Assembly (NCBI RefSeq): GCF_009914755.1
Contig: NC_060925.1
DNA length: 64,000 nt
Strand: one strand, 5' to 3'
Source: the human T2T-CHM13v2.0 reference genome, Homo sapiens
Part shown: piece by piece, positions 43,619 through 55,299 of the stretch
How the letters are laid out: the number at the start of each line of letters is the position of its first letter
Position numbering within the stretch: the first letter of the stretch is position 1
Notes under the pieces: model-generated
Databases searched by the model: none
What the model was told of the DNA's origin: nothing
The model's input: the letters and a program-made list of their open reading frames with translations, nothing else
Program-made: the position numbers and the translations under genes

Positions 43619-44143
43619 TGAGGCAGGAGAATAGGGTCTGGAGGCAGGGAACCTAAGGCTGTTTCACGCCTACTTCCTAGAACTAAATTGAAAGGAAAAC
43701 CCTAACTTTCCAAGCCTAAGTAACAAAAGCACCAGAAGCTACTCCCTTTGGCCTTTTCTATGTGCAGATAGAAAATTGGAAAATTGGAAAATTGCAGGTT
43801 GAGTCTTCGTTTGCAACTTTGTAAATTTACTTCAGCCTCTGGTTGGCTGCTTTCTGCAACCACTCAGACTGATTGCAGGCTACTACTTCTGTTACATGAG
43901 TTGAGCATGAACGGGAAACTTCTAGAGGGTATTTGAACCCAAGAAGAGTCTGTATCTGGGCCCTTGAGCCACTGCTTGGTCCTCTCCCACACTGTGGAGT
44001 GTACTTTCATTTTCAATAAATCCCTGCTTTTGTTCTTTTGTTGCTTCATTCTTCCTTTGCTTTGCTGGATGTTTTATCCAACTCTTTGTTCAAAACACCA
44101 AAAACCTGGACCACTTGCAGTCATGACCCTCTACACTGGGGCA
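43619..44143 (+). mobile_element. MER51A/B ERV1 solo LTR
   Basis: Starts TGAGGCAGGAGAATAGGGTCTGGAGGCAGGGAACCTAAGGC; gtactttcattttcaataaa; caaaacaccaaaacctggac near the end. Confidence 0.9.
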
Positions 44144-44188
44144 AGGACAAATTGATGACTCCAAGGAACAAAAAGGCCAGTGTGAGTT

Positions 44189-44213
44189 AAAAAAAAAAAA
44201 AAAAAAAAAAAAA
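44189..44213. repeat. A25 homopolymer
   Basis: Pure poly-A with no SINE body attached. Confidence 0.9.
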
Positions 44214-44414
44214 GTGGTGTGAGGTGGATTTATGTCAACCTGAAGGGAGGAATGGAGTGGCTGGAGGCAGACCTCTGTATACAGCCCTGCCCTTTTCAAA
44301 GTTGGCGAGGGAGGATGAAGGTTATGATTGAAGGAGGCCACCTGTGGAGGTGAAAGACACAGACTAGAGTCCCAAGGATGGAATCTAAGCTCCAGGTACA
44401 CAGTTGGCCTAGAT

Positions 44415-44930
44415 CAGTGGTTATCAACCCAACCGGAGTCAATGATGCTTTTTAAAGCAAATATTTTATTAGATCCCTTCATTATCCTGAAATGATCATT
44501 ATTCTGAATGATCTACCAAATCACATAATAAAAAAGAATAATGTCCTAACTATAATAAAAGGGAAACATTTATAAATAATTATGATAAATTAATTGCAAT
44601 ACATAAATATTCAGGCACAAGTTACATTAGAAGAGAAAATGAAGTAGTTAGCTGACAGCAGGTAGAATCATTCTGAGTGTGAGTCCCATGATTGTAGGCT
44701 GATACCTAGTTTGGTTGGTCAAAAGTTAATTTTAATCATTAGTAGTTTAGAAACTTTTCTTTCAGCTTGACAACTTGTTATGGTAATGTCATGTAAATTT
44801 GGGGATTATTGTCAAATTAGGGGAAACTTCTATCAAGCTTCTTTCATTTATGAGCTTTAAGATTTCCTGGTATTTTAGATTTTCTTGTGCAATGACTAAT
44901 TTTCAATGTTCTGAATTGTCAACACTTATT
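44415..44930. mobile_element. hAT-Charlie-like DNA transposon fragment
   Basis: Begins CAGTGGTTATCAACC (hAT TIR-like); AT-rich body. Confidence 0.5.
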
Positions 44931-45094
44931 AACCACTACCCACATCCTTGTGGTTCTGGGCACTGTAGGATACGTAAATCCCACAGGAGGACTCTGGGCC
45001 TTAAATCTACATCACAGTGTCAGGTGACAAGGAGCAGCAGGAGTTTTCTGAAAGCTAATCTTAGGCTAGAATTAACTCTATAACAGCAACTTAA

Positions 45095-45391
45095 CTATAA
45101 GTGGAAGTGTCTGTAAATCACATAGACATATTCTACCACACCCAACCTTTAACTCAACTTCCCTTTCATTGGATCACAAAAATGTCTGTGACTTGATATG
45201 AGAGGAGGTATGGCAGACATGAAGTTAGCATGGAAACAGAGGGTGGCCTTAGCTAATTAAATACAGTATCTTAAACAAAACTTAAGAAACCATATAATCA
45301 TGTGACCCCTCTGTTGGGACTTCTCAGGCATCCGTGGTAGAGGAGGTCCTGGAGCTTAAACTTTATTAGCTTCACTATTCATGCGTCTCTA
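45095..45391 (-). mobile_element. MER115/Zaphod-like hAT-Tip100 fragment
   Basis: ggagcttaaactttattagcttcac...gcgtctct resembles the reverse complement of the Zaphod terminus. Confidence 0.55.
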
Positions 45392-45399
45392 CTTGTACT

Positions 45400-46235
45400 C
45401 AACTTCCATGTACTTTGGATCCAATAGCCAGCAAAATCCCAACTCTAAATTCACACTTCTGTATTTTCCATGGATGACCTGCTGAACACTGCTGGAGAAA
45501 ATTTGTACTACCATGCATGATATTTCTCCTACAAATCTGGCATCTTGAACCTCAGTTAACTCTGAATGATGTCCAGTAGTTCTGTGAGTCTTGAATTAGT
45601 TTTCTCTCCACTTTCTTAACTGTTTTGAACATTCCCCATTATTTTTAAGCACTTACCCTAGGCTAGGCTTCTTTGTTACTCATTTTAGTGTCCCTTACAC
45701 ACTACACTACACACACACACAATTATTAGACCTGTCCTTACTTTGTATTAATGGAGGGATGTCACTTTTCTTGTTTATCCTCTTTATCCTGTTCTCTGAA
45801 TTTTACTACACTTACTGTACTGGGGACATGGAAGCTTCATCAGGATCCTTCAATTATCTTTCTTTTCCCGTAATCTTTAAGTACTCCGAGGCAATTGGTT
45901 ATTGCCCCAGCCTATAAATGAGCTCAAGTCTCTCTAAACATTAAACAAAATCCTTTCTTTATCCTGCATCTACCTCCAGCCACTTCCCTATTTTGTTTAC
46001 CCTTTATAGTTAAAACTCTTAAAATAATGATCAATATTCACTGTCTCCATTTCTTGACCAACAGTTGCATCTCCACATAATCAGATATCCATCCCTGTCA
46101 CTGCAATGAAACTCGTTCACCAAGGTTACCAGTTGCCAGAGAATCTTCTAGTTGGCAAATTCAAGAGGCACTTTACTCTTGACCTTGCTTGACCTTCCTG
46201 TGCATTTGACACTATTGACCAGTCCCTTATTTTTA
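45400..46235 (+). mobile_element. L2 body, 5' part (continues at 50230)
   Basis: tgaaactcgttcaccaaggttacca...ccttgcttgaccttcctgtgcatttgacactattgacc. Confidence 0.75.
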
Positions 46236-47450
46236 AGGGATATTTATTGGTTTATTTATGTATTCCCTTTATTGTTCCAGAAATGATTTTCAAAGTGTCC
46301 AGTCAAAATACAAATAATTTGGAAAGATAAAATAAAATTTTAAAAGTCTTAGTTGTTCTCTTGGCTTTTAACAAACCTTAAAGATAATCAATACTGTTAA
46401 GTCTCTTCAGATAACACAGGAATCTTAGAATACTTTAACTTCAGTCTCTTCCAATTTATAATTTATATACAAACTTTTTAATCAATTTGATCATTTTAAA
46501 AACCTATAAATAGATATCAGTGTTATGTTCAGAGAATCAGTGATTTATGTTCACCCATATAATTATAAATTTCCTTGAACACTGTTTCTTTTCTGTATCT
46601 CACGTTTTCCATCTGGAATCACCTTTATGAAGTACATACTTTAGAAGTTTCTTAAATAGAAACTTGTTGATGGCAAACTCTTGTTTGTGTGTAAATTTTG
46701 TATTTTGTCCTTATTCTTGGAAATAAGTTTTCTGAGTAAAAGACTCTAGATCCATTGCTCTGTTTTCTCAGCATATTGAATATATTTTTGTCCTGTCCAT
46801 TTTTGTTGAGAAATCAAATGTTGGTCTTGCTGTTTCTTTGTGGGTGTACTTTTCTCATCTGTCTACTTTAGGATGTTCTTTTTGTCTTTTGTGCATTGAA
46901 TATCACTACTTTGTCTTGGATCACATCCTGCTTGGAATTTGTTAGGTTGCCTGAAGTAATGAATTGCTTTCTTTCATTAATTCTGTAAAAATTTGCCATA
47001 ATATCTTGAAATACTGCCTTTCCTTCAGTCTCTTACTTGTCTTCTTCTATAACTTTGATTAGTAATATTTTGGACTGTTTACTTTCAATGCCCACTTTTA
47101 TTTCTTTCACATAGGAAGCATAGTTATTTTTGTCCTTTGCTTGATAATCCTGCAATCTGTAGTCTTTGTTGGTGTGACTCAGATCTCTGCTGCTTCTGTT
47201 GATTATTGTTTCAGTGCCAAACTTACTTTTTGTTTTAGTATTTTGTGTTTTTCCATTTGTTCTTTACTATGATTTCATATTCAAACCATCTAGGTCCAGT
47301 TTATGGTTCCAAATTCTTGGGGAGACTTAAGGCAGATTTTATTTCTCTTGTCAAAGAGGGAAAGGTGAAAATAGACAAGATTTTTGGTTTCTCTCTTTTG
47401 CCAGGGTGGCTTATTTATTTTTCATTCTTACACTAGGTTCCTCGCATTTC

Positions 47451-47771
47451 CTTCTGTTTTTTTTTTTTTTCTTTTTTTGAGATGGCGTCTTACTCTGTCA
47501 CCCAGTCTGGAGTGCAGTGGCATGATCTTGGCTAACTGTAACCTCCGCCTCCCGGGTTCAAGCAATTCTCCTGTCTCAGCCTCCTAAGTAGCTAGGATTA
47601 CAGGTGCGCACCAACACGCCTGGCTAATTTTTGTATTTTTAATTTTTAGCAGAGATGGGCTTTCGCCACGTTGGCCAGGCTGGTCTCAAAGTCCTGACCC
47701 CAGATGATCCACCTGCCTTGGCCTCCTGAAGTGCTGGGATTACACACACGCGTGAGCGACTGCACCCGGCC
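47451..47771 (-). mobile_element. AluSx-like SINE
   Basis: Full dimer; TSD GGTTCCTCGMATTTC at 47436-47450 and 47772-47786. Confidence 0.95.
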
Positions 47772-47867
47772 GGTTCCTCGAATTTCTAAAGGGTCTCTTA
47801 TTAGACTTTCTCACTTGTTTGTCTCTTACTTTGTAGACACTGCATAGCTATTGAAATGAAAGCTCAA

Positions 47868-48166
47868 AGCCAGGCTCACGCCTGTAATCCCAGTACTTTG
47901 GGAGGCAAAGACAGGAGGATCACTTGAGACCAGGAGTTCGAAACCAGCCTGGTCAACGCAGCAAGTCCCCACCTCTACAAAACTGAAAAAGAAAAAATTA
48001 GGTGGGTGTGGTGGCGCACATATGTGGTCCCAGTTACTCAGGAAGCTGAGGTGGGAGGATTGCTTGAGCCCAGGAGGTCAAGGCTGCGATGAGCCGTGAC
48101 TGCCATTGCACTCCAGCCTGGGCGACAGAGTGAGACCCTGTCTCAAAAACACAAGCAAACAAAAAA
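47868..48166 (+). mobile_element. AluJ SINE
   Basis: ggaggattgcttgagcccaggaggtcaaggctgc (J diagnostic); TSD GAAATGAAASCTCAA at 47853-47867 and 48167-48181. Confidence 0.95.
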
Positions 48167-48311
48167 GAAATGAAACCTCAAGGTCTCTGGGGTTCAATGT
48201 TTCTCTGAGAAAGTGGGCCTCAGGGGGAGCTTGCCTTTGGGTCCACACTGTCATTATAATTTTTGCTTCTAAAGGTTCCTTATAGCATTTTATTTGAAAA
48301 TATGTTTTTAA

Positions 48312-50160
48312 ATTTTATTGTTTATTTATTTATTTTTCAACTTTTATTTTAGATTCAGGGGATACATGTAAAGGTTTGTTACCTGAGTGTATTGTGTGAT
48401 GCTGAGGCTTGGGTTATGAATGATCCCATCACCCAGGTACTAAGCATAGTACCAAATAAATTGTTTTTCAATCCTTTCCTCCTTCCCTTCCTTCTCTAGT
48501 AGTCTCCAGTGTCTATTGTTGCCAACTTTATGTCCATGAGTACCCAGTGTTTAGCTCCCACCTATAAGTGGGAACACACAGTATTTGATTTCCTCTTCCT
48601 GCGTTCATTCGCTTAGGATAATGGCCTCCAGCTGTATCCATATTCCTGCAAAGGAAATGAAATTTTTTTTTATGGCTAGATAGTATTCCATGGGGTGTAT
48701 GTAACACATTTTCTTTATCAAGTCCATCACTGATGGGCATCTAGGTTGATTCCACGTCTTTGCTATTGGGAATAGTGCTGCAATGAACATACAAATGCGT
48801 GTGTCTTTCTGGTAGAAAAGATTGTTTTCCTTTGGATATATACCCAGTAATGGGATGGCTATGTTGAATGGTGGTTCCATTTTAAATTCTTTAAGAAATC
48901 TCCAAACTGCTTTCCACAGTGGCTGAACTAATTTACTTTCCCACCAACAGTGTATAAGCTTTCCCTTTTGGGTAGCTTTGCCAACATTTTTTTGTTTTCT
49001 GACTTTTTAATAGTAGTCATTTTGATTGGTATAAGATGGCATCTCATTGTAGTTTTGATTTGCATTTCTGTAATGATTAGTGATGTGCAGCATTTTTTCA
49101 TATGTTTGTTGGCCACTTATATGTCTTCTTTTGAGAAGTGTCTGTTCTTGTCTTTTGACCATTTTTAATGGGATTATTTGTTTTTTGCTTGTTGTTATGT
49201 TATTTATAAATTATGGATATTAAACCTTTGTTGGATGCGTAGTTTGCAAATATTTTCTCTCATTCTGTATGTTGTCTGTTTACTCTGTTGACAGTTTCTT
49301 TTGCTGTACAGAAGGCCCTTAGTTTAATTAGGTCTTCTTTGTCAATTTTGGGTTTTGTTGCAATTGCTTTTGAAAACTTAGTCATAAATTCTTTCGTAAG
49401 TCCCATGTCCAGAATGGTGTTTTTTAAGTTTTCGTCTAGAATTCTTATAGTTTGAGGTCTTACATTAAAATCTTTAATTCATCTTGAGTTAATTTTTGTA
49501 CATGGCGAAAGTTAGGCATCCAGTTTCATTCTTCTGCATGTGGCTCACTAGCTATATCAGCACCATTTATTGAATAGGGAGTCTTTTCCCCATTGCTTAT
49601 TTTTCTCTACTTCGTTGAAGATCACATGGTTGTAGGTGTGTGGCTTTATTTCTGGGTTCTCTATTCTGTTCCATTGGTCTATGTGTCTCTTTTTGTACCA
49701 ATACCATACTGTTTTGGTTACTGTAGCCTTGTAGTATAGTTTGAAGACTGGTAATGTGATGGGTTTGCTTTTTTTTGTTGTTGTTGTTGTTTTTTTGCTT
49801 AGGTTTGCTTTGGCTATTCGGGCTCCTTTTTGGTTCCATATAAATTTTAGCGTATTTTTTTTAATTCTGTGAAAAATGACATTGGTATTATAGTTTGATA
49901 GGAATCAGGTTGAATCTGAAAATTGCTTTGGGCAATATGACCTTCTTAATGAAATTGAGTCTTCTAATCCATGAGTATAGAATGTTTCTTCATCTGTTAT
50001 CTGTGATTTCTTTTAGCAGTGTTTTGTAGTTCTCCTTGTAGAGATCTTTCGCCTGACTGGTTAGATGTATTCCTAGGTATTTAATTTTTTGTGGCTAGTA
50101 TAAATGGGATTATGTTCTTGATTTGGCTCTCAGCTTGAAAATAATTGGCGTATAGAAACA
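48312..50160 (-). mobile_element. 5'-truncated L1PA15/16-like element
   Basis: ttagattcaggggatacatg...gatgctgaggc...aatgatcccatcacccagg; ORF2 C-terminal fragments in the ORF track. Confidence 0.9.
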
Positions 50161-50229
50161 TCATTTGTTTTTAGAAGGATTATTTAGGATGTCTGCTCTA
50201 TCAAATTTCTGCAAACACAAGATTCTCCT

Positions 50230-51150
50230 GATGTCCTGAAATTTTCTTTCTTGGCTTGAGATCTCTCTAATACTCCCTCTGACCATCTTTTCTAGTTTCT
50301 TCATTGGATCCTTCTTGTCTGCTCATTACCCAGAGGGCAATGTCCAATAGTGTTCTATCCTTTACCCTCTCCCAATCTGCTTAAAAACACATCCTGCCCA
50401 TTGCCTTCAGCTAACTGTATGCCAATTCCTCAAAACTATGCACTGTCTACCCAGAGCAATCTTTGGAGCTCTGCATTTTTGTATCTACAGGTCTTTTTAA
50501 TTTAGCATCTCAAGCTCAACATGTCCAAAATTGACTCCCTCCTCCCACTCTCTTCTTTTATTTTTTTGTTTGGGAAAATGATACCAACATTCATCTTGTT
50601 AATCAACATAGAAACATGGAGAGCATTATAGATTCCTTCCTCTCCCACATCCTCCACAGTCAATTGAATACTGCATCTATGATTTCTATCATCATAAAAC
50701 CTCTCATCACAACTCAACTACCTAATTAATTTAAAGCATCATAATTTCTCTCCTGGATTGATGTGATAACATCCTAAATGTCTGCAATAAATCCACAGTT
50801 CTCACTGGAATCAAAGTAATATTTCTAAAACACATATGTGATCATCTCATAACCTCCCCCCTTCCCCTACCTAGAATTCATCAATGACTTTCTGCAGTGC
50901 TCAAGATAAATTCACATTCCAAGTTCATCTTGTTCTATTCCACGTTTACCCAGACTAAAGCCAAATTGAAATATTTGCAATTCCTCCAGCACATCATGTG
51001 TTCTCACAGCTTTGACTTTACACAGTTTCCTTTGCTTAAAATTTCCTTCCCCTTCCTCCTTGCCTGGCTTATACATTTTTATTTAATAGACATAATGTAC
51101 ATATTACCCTCCCATAAATCTTCCAAGTCTTTTACCTGCCTCACTCTGTT
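50230..51150 (+). mobile_element. L2 body, 3' continuation
   Basis: gcatctcaagctcaacatgtccaaaattgactc...tctctcctggatt...tttctaaaacac. Confidence 0.75.
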
Positions 51151-52204
51151 GAATGTCTTTGATTCATTCATTTAAGAAACATATATTGAGTCTGCATTAT
51201 CTATCTATCTATCTAATCTTCTACATACTATGGTAATATGCTTGACATTAGGAAAATAATAAAGAATAAGAAACAATCCTTTTACATTACAGTGCAATAA
51301 ATGCAAAGATAGCAGAGAGCACAGTGAAGGGGAACCTGAACCAGCCTTGAATGAACAGACAGGGCTTGTGAGGATGTTGTAAATAAGTAAATGTAATTGC
51401 TTCCTCTCTTAATTCTCTCCCTCTTATTTTCCCTACTGCTACCAGCCAAACATTTGTGTATAAAAGAAATTAGCATGTTTAGTTATGAAGTTTTTTATTT
51501 TCATAAATTTCTGTAGTTTAAATCAGCCTGGCCTCTGCCTGTTATTGACATACTAGAGAATCATAAAACTCTGAGTAATTGTGTTCATGTGTTCCAATAG
51601 GGCTTATCCAACCCTGGGAAAATAATGGCATCTAACCCAATAAGACTAGCAAAGAGCAAACCCAAGAAAAGAGATAAACATGTATTAAATGGTAGTTTTA
51701 AATTTTTTAAAGTACATTCATTTTTGTTTTATTCCACAAAGGCACCGTGGAAGCTTTTAAAAATACACACTGTTCACTGGGATAAAATATATTATCAAGG
51801 CCATGATAATAAAGGGGAAATAGAAAAGGAATATCATAAATCTGTAATAACATTAGTACATGGAAGCAGCAGAAAAAGGCTACAAATTTGATTCTAAGCT
51901 CCTTAACAGCCCAAAGAAAGAAAGATCATGATTAGTCACAGTTCTGCATAAGAAAAATAACACAAATGACTTGTCCAGTAAGGAGCATAGTTTTTGTGAA
52001 AACTGATTCCCAAGGAATTTCTCCCATGAACGCTGAAACTGCTGTGTGATGTGGTAGACAATGTTCTTAACATGATCCCTTCAATAGCTACAATCACAGA
52101 CATAATGAGTCTGTCTCATAAATATCCTTTGTTGTGGGTAGTTGGCAAAATGCCAAGGAATAAGTCAGTGAAAGCTGTTCTACAAGGAGTAGATTTCAGT
52201 AAAG

Positions 52205-52645
52205 CACACTGAAAATTCTAAGACTTTAGAATCAAACAGCTAAAGACTGAATCCTGGTTCAATTAAACACAAGATGTGTCAACTTGGTCCAGTTACTTCC
52301 TCTTCCTTAATTTGATTATCTGTAAAAACTAGGATAATAATACTCATCATTTGGATCGAAAGTTCAGTTAAAATACAGAATATCTAGAACCATAAAAATC
52401 AACATCCATCAAACTCATATACCATCCCAGGCACTATGCTAAGTACTTTACATGGATTATCTGATTTAATCCTCACAAAAATTCCTTTACATGAGTACTA
52501 TAATTATTCCCATTTACCAACTAGGAAACTGAGATTAGAGAGGTTAAATCGTTTGCCCAAAACCACAGAGCTAGGATGAGGGGAGCTGAGCTCATCAGCC
52601 CCGGCATACTGATTTTAGAGTTCACGTTCTTAAAGCATTCTGTTC
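52205..52645. mobile_element. Two MIRs in opposite orientation (+ 52205-52375, - 52420-52645)
   Basis: gactttagaatcaaacag...gaatcctggttc; ccaggcactatgctaag...aggaaactgag...agaggttaa. Confidence 0.75.
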
Positions 52646-52658
52646 TATAAAATGCAAC

Positions 52659-54082
52659 TGCGTCTGGAATTGGTGGGTTCTTGGTCTCACTGACTTCAAG
52701 AATGAAGCCACGGACCCTCGCGGTGAGTGTTACAGTTCTTAAAGGCAGCGTGTCCAGAATTTGTTCCTTCTGATGTTCAGATGTGTTCACAGTTTCTTCC
52801 TTCTGATGGGTTCGTGGTCTCGCTGGCTCAGGAGTGAAGCTGCAGACCTTCGCCATGAGTGTTACAGCTCTTAAGGCGGCGCGTCTGGAGTTGTTTGGGC
52901 TTCCCCGTGGGCTCGTGGGTGTCGCTGGCTTCAGGAGTGAAGCTGCAGACCTTCGCGGTGAGTGTTACAGCTCATAAAGGCAGTGTGGACTCAAAGAGTG
53001 AACAGTGGAAAGATTTATTGCAAACATCGAAAGAACAAAGCTTCCACAATGTGGAAGGGGGACCCCAGCGGGTTGCCACTGCTGGCTCGGGCAGCCTGCT
53101 TTTATTCTTATCTGGCCCACCCACGTCCTGCTGATTGGTAGAGCCCAGTGGTCTGTTTTGACAGGGCGCTGATTGGTGCGTTTACAATCTCTGAGCTAGA
53201 CACAAAGGTTCTCCACTTCCCCACCAGATTAGCTAGATACAGAGTGTCCACACAAAGGTTCTCCAAGGCCCCACCAGAGTAGCTAGATACAGTGTCGATT
53301 GGTGCATTCACAAACCCTGAGCTAGACACGGGGTGCTGACTGGTGTGTTTACAAACCTTGAGCTAGATACAGAGTGCCGATTGGTGTATTTACAATCCCT
53401 GAGCTAGACATAAAGGTTCTCCTCATCCCCACCAGACTCAGGAGTCCAGCTGGCTTCACCCAGTGGATCCCGCACCAGGACTGCAGTTGGAGCTGCCTGC
53501 CAGTCACGCGCTGTGCACCCGCACTCCTCAGCCCTTGGGTGGTCGATGGGACTAGGCGCTGTGGAGCAGGGGGCGGCGCTCATCGGGGAGGCTCGGGCCG
53601 CACAGGAGCCCACGGAGAGGGTGGGAGGCTCAGGCATGGCGGGCTGCAGGTCCCGAGCCCTGCCCTGCGGGAAGGCAGCTAAGGCCCGGCGAGAAATGGA
53701 GCGCAGCGCCGGTGGGCTGGCACTGCTGGGGGACCCAGTACACCCTCCGCAGCCACTGGCCCCGGTGCTAAGCCCCTCATTGCCCCGGGCCGGCAGGGCC
53801 GGCCGGCTGCTCCGAGTGCGGGGCCCGCCAAGCCCACGCCCACCCGGAACTCCAGCTGGCCCGCAAGCGCGGCGCGCAGCCCCGGGGCTGGCCCCTCTCC
53901 CTCCACACCTCCCTGCAAGCTGAGGGAGCAGGCTCCGGCCTTGGCCAGCCCAGAAAGGGCCTCCCACAGTGCAGCGGTGGGCTGAAGGGCTCCTCAAGTG
54001 CCGCCAAAGTGGGAGCCCAGGCAGAGGAGGCGCCGAGAGCGAGCAAGGGCTATGAGGACTGCCAGCACGCTGTCACCTCTCA
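52659..54082 (-). mobile_element. Solo LTR12C (ERV9), ~1.42 kb, CpG-rich
   Basis: Reverse of TGAGAGGTGACAGCGTGCTGGC...; GC-rich U3; 4 intact CCAAT boxes, GATA and AATAAAAG promoter box at about 53097-53113; exact TSD CAAC at 52655-52658 and 54083-54086. Confidence 0.97.
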
Positions 54083-54999
54083 CAACTTTGAGGCAACTCT
54101 TGATAAAAAATCATTTCCCACAACCAGGTTTTTTGATACCAGGTTTGATACTAGGTATCTTATGATGACCTATAAAACAGATACCTACCTGCCCCGTACC
54201 CCCAACCCTGCCATGGACAGTTAAGGTGAGATCCCTTTGTTTTGCCAGAGGTAGCTTGGTCAAGCTCCTGTAATAAAAAGCAAGGATTCTTACTATACAG
54301 ATAGAATAAATGGCAGGTTACTCTACAGAGCTTTAAGGGCAGGAAAGTTAATCCTGTGTTCTGCTTACTGTCTGTGGCAAAAACAGCCCCTTGTTGTCCA
54401 CTCCCATCTTTGATTCAGTTGACAGACAGCTGCAGCTTAATTGGCCTGCTACACGGTATGTTTGGCTGGATTTTGTGGCAAGCAGAGTCTGGTGGGGGGC
54501 CTTAAACAAAGCTCACCCAGCATGTCTTCTGCCTTGCCAAACTCTAAAAATAGAAAGCTCAACTTCTGCAGAGCTAAGGAGCTGAACTAGTCAATGGTTA
54601 GAAGATAGGTTTGTCATCTCAAGGGTGGTTTGTGTTTCCTATTAACTGGGGTTGGAATGACAAGGGGCAATCTTTTGAGCACTAAAGTCTGGACAGAATG
54701 GCATATGACCGCTATGCAAAGGACTGAATCCTGGTTATAAATCATAGCAACAACAGCCTGAAACTGAGCTATCACAGACTCTTAAATCTCCAAAGTGTGG
54801 CCTGGGTAAGCCATTATGAGAACTCTGCCTTCTCAGATAAAAAAAATTCCATGCCTCAGAGCTTAAAGCATACCTCCCTATAATCCATTTCTTTGTTCCA
54901 GCCAGACTTTCTTTCTGGAATTTTCCTCCATGCTCCGTGACCTGATCAAGGGTTAAAGAGGATTCCATATCCCACACTACATTAGAGAAGAGTGACAGC

Positions 55000-55220
55000 A
55001 TATCAGAGAGAGGCATTGTGGACCTGTGTTTAAGTCAGCCTGTCTGAATCCACATCCTGGCTCCATCCTTCTTTACTAGGTATGTAACCTTGGACAAGGC
55101 CTTTAATCTCCATGGGTTTCATTAGACTAGGTTTTGTTATCTATAAAACATGCTTAATAAAAGTTTCAACTTCATAGAGTGGTTTTGAGAATAAAATAAA
55201 ATAATTCAAGTAAAGTACAT
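55000..55220 (+). mobile_element. MIR
   Basis: atcctggctcca...tgtaaccttggacaag...ctataaaa...tcatagagtggttttgagaataaaat. Confidence 0.75.
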
Positions 55221-55299
55221 ATTTTAGAGAAAATGCATCTTCATAATGATTATTAATATCATGTATCATCTGGGAAAGTCTTAGTATGCCTACTGGAGG

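Larger units (their letters stand above)
46400..48300 (-). mobile_element. HAL1/L1M ORF1-like fragment carrying two Alus
   Basis: tttccatctggaatc...tgaagtacatactttagaag...ggcaaactc...gttgagaaatca. Confidence 0.65.

Noticed and set aside
44189-44213. A25 as the tail of a processed pseudogene
   Set aside because: No upstream mRNA or SINE body and no convincing TSD; it lies within L2 sequence.
53374-54046. GC-rich overlapping ORFs up to 197 aa; apparent CpG-island promoter
   Set aside because: Entirely inside LTR12C U3; the long frames reflect stop-codon scarcity at high GC.
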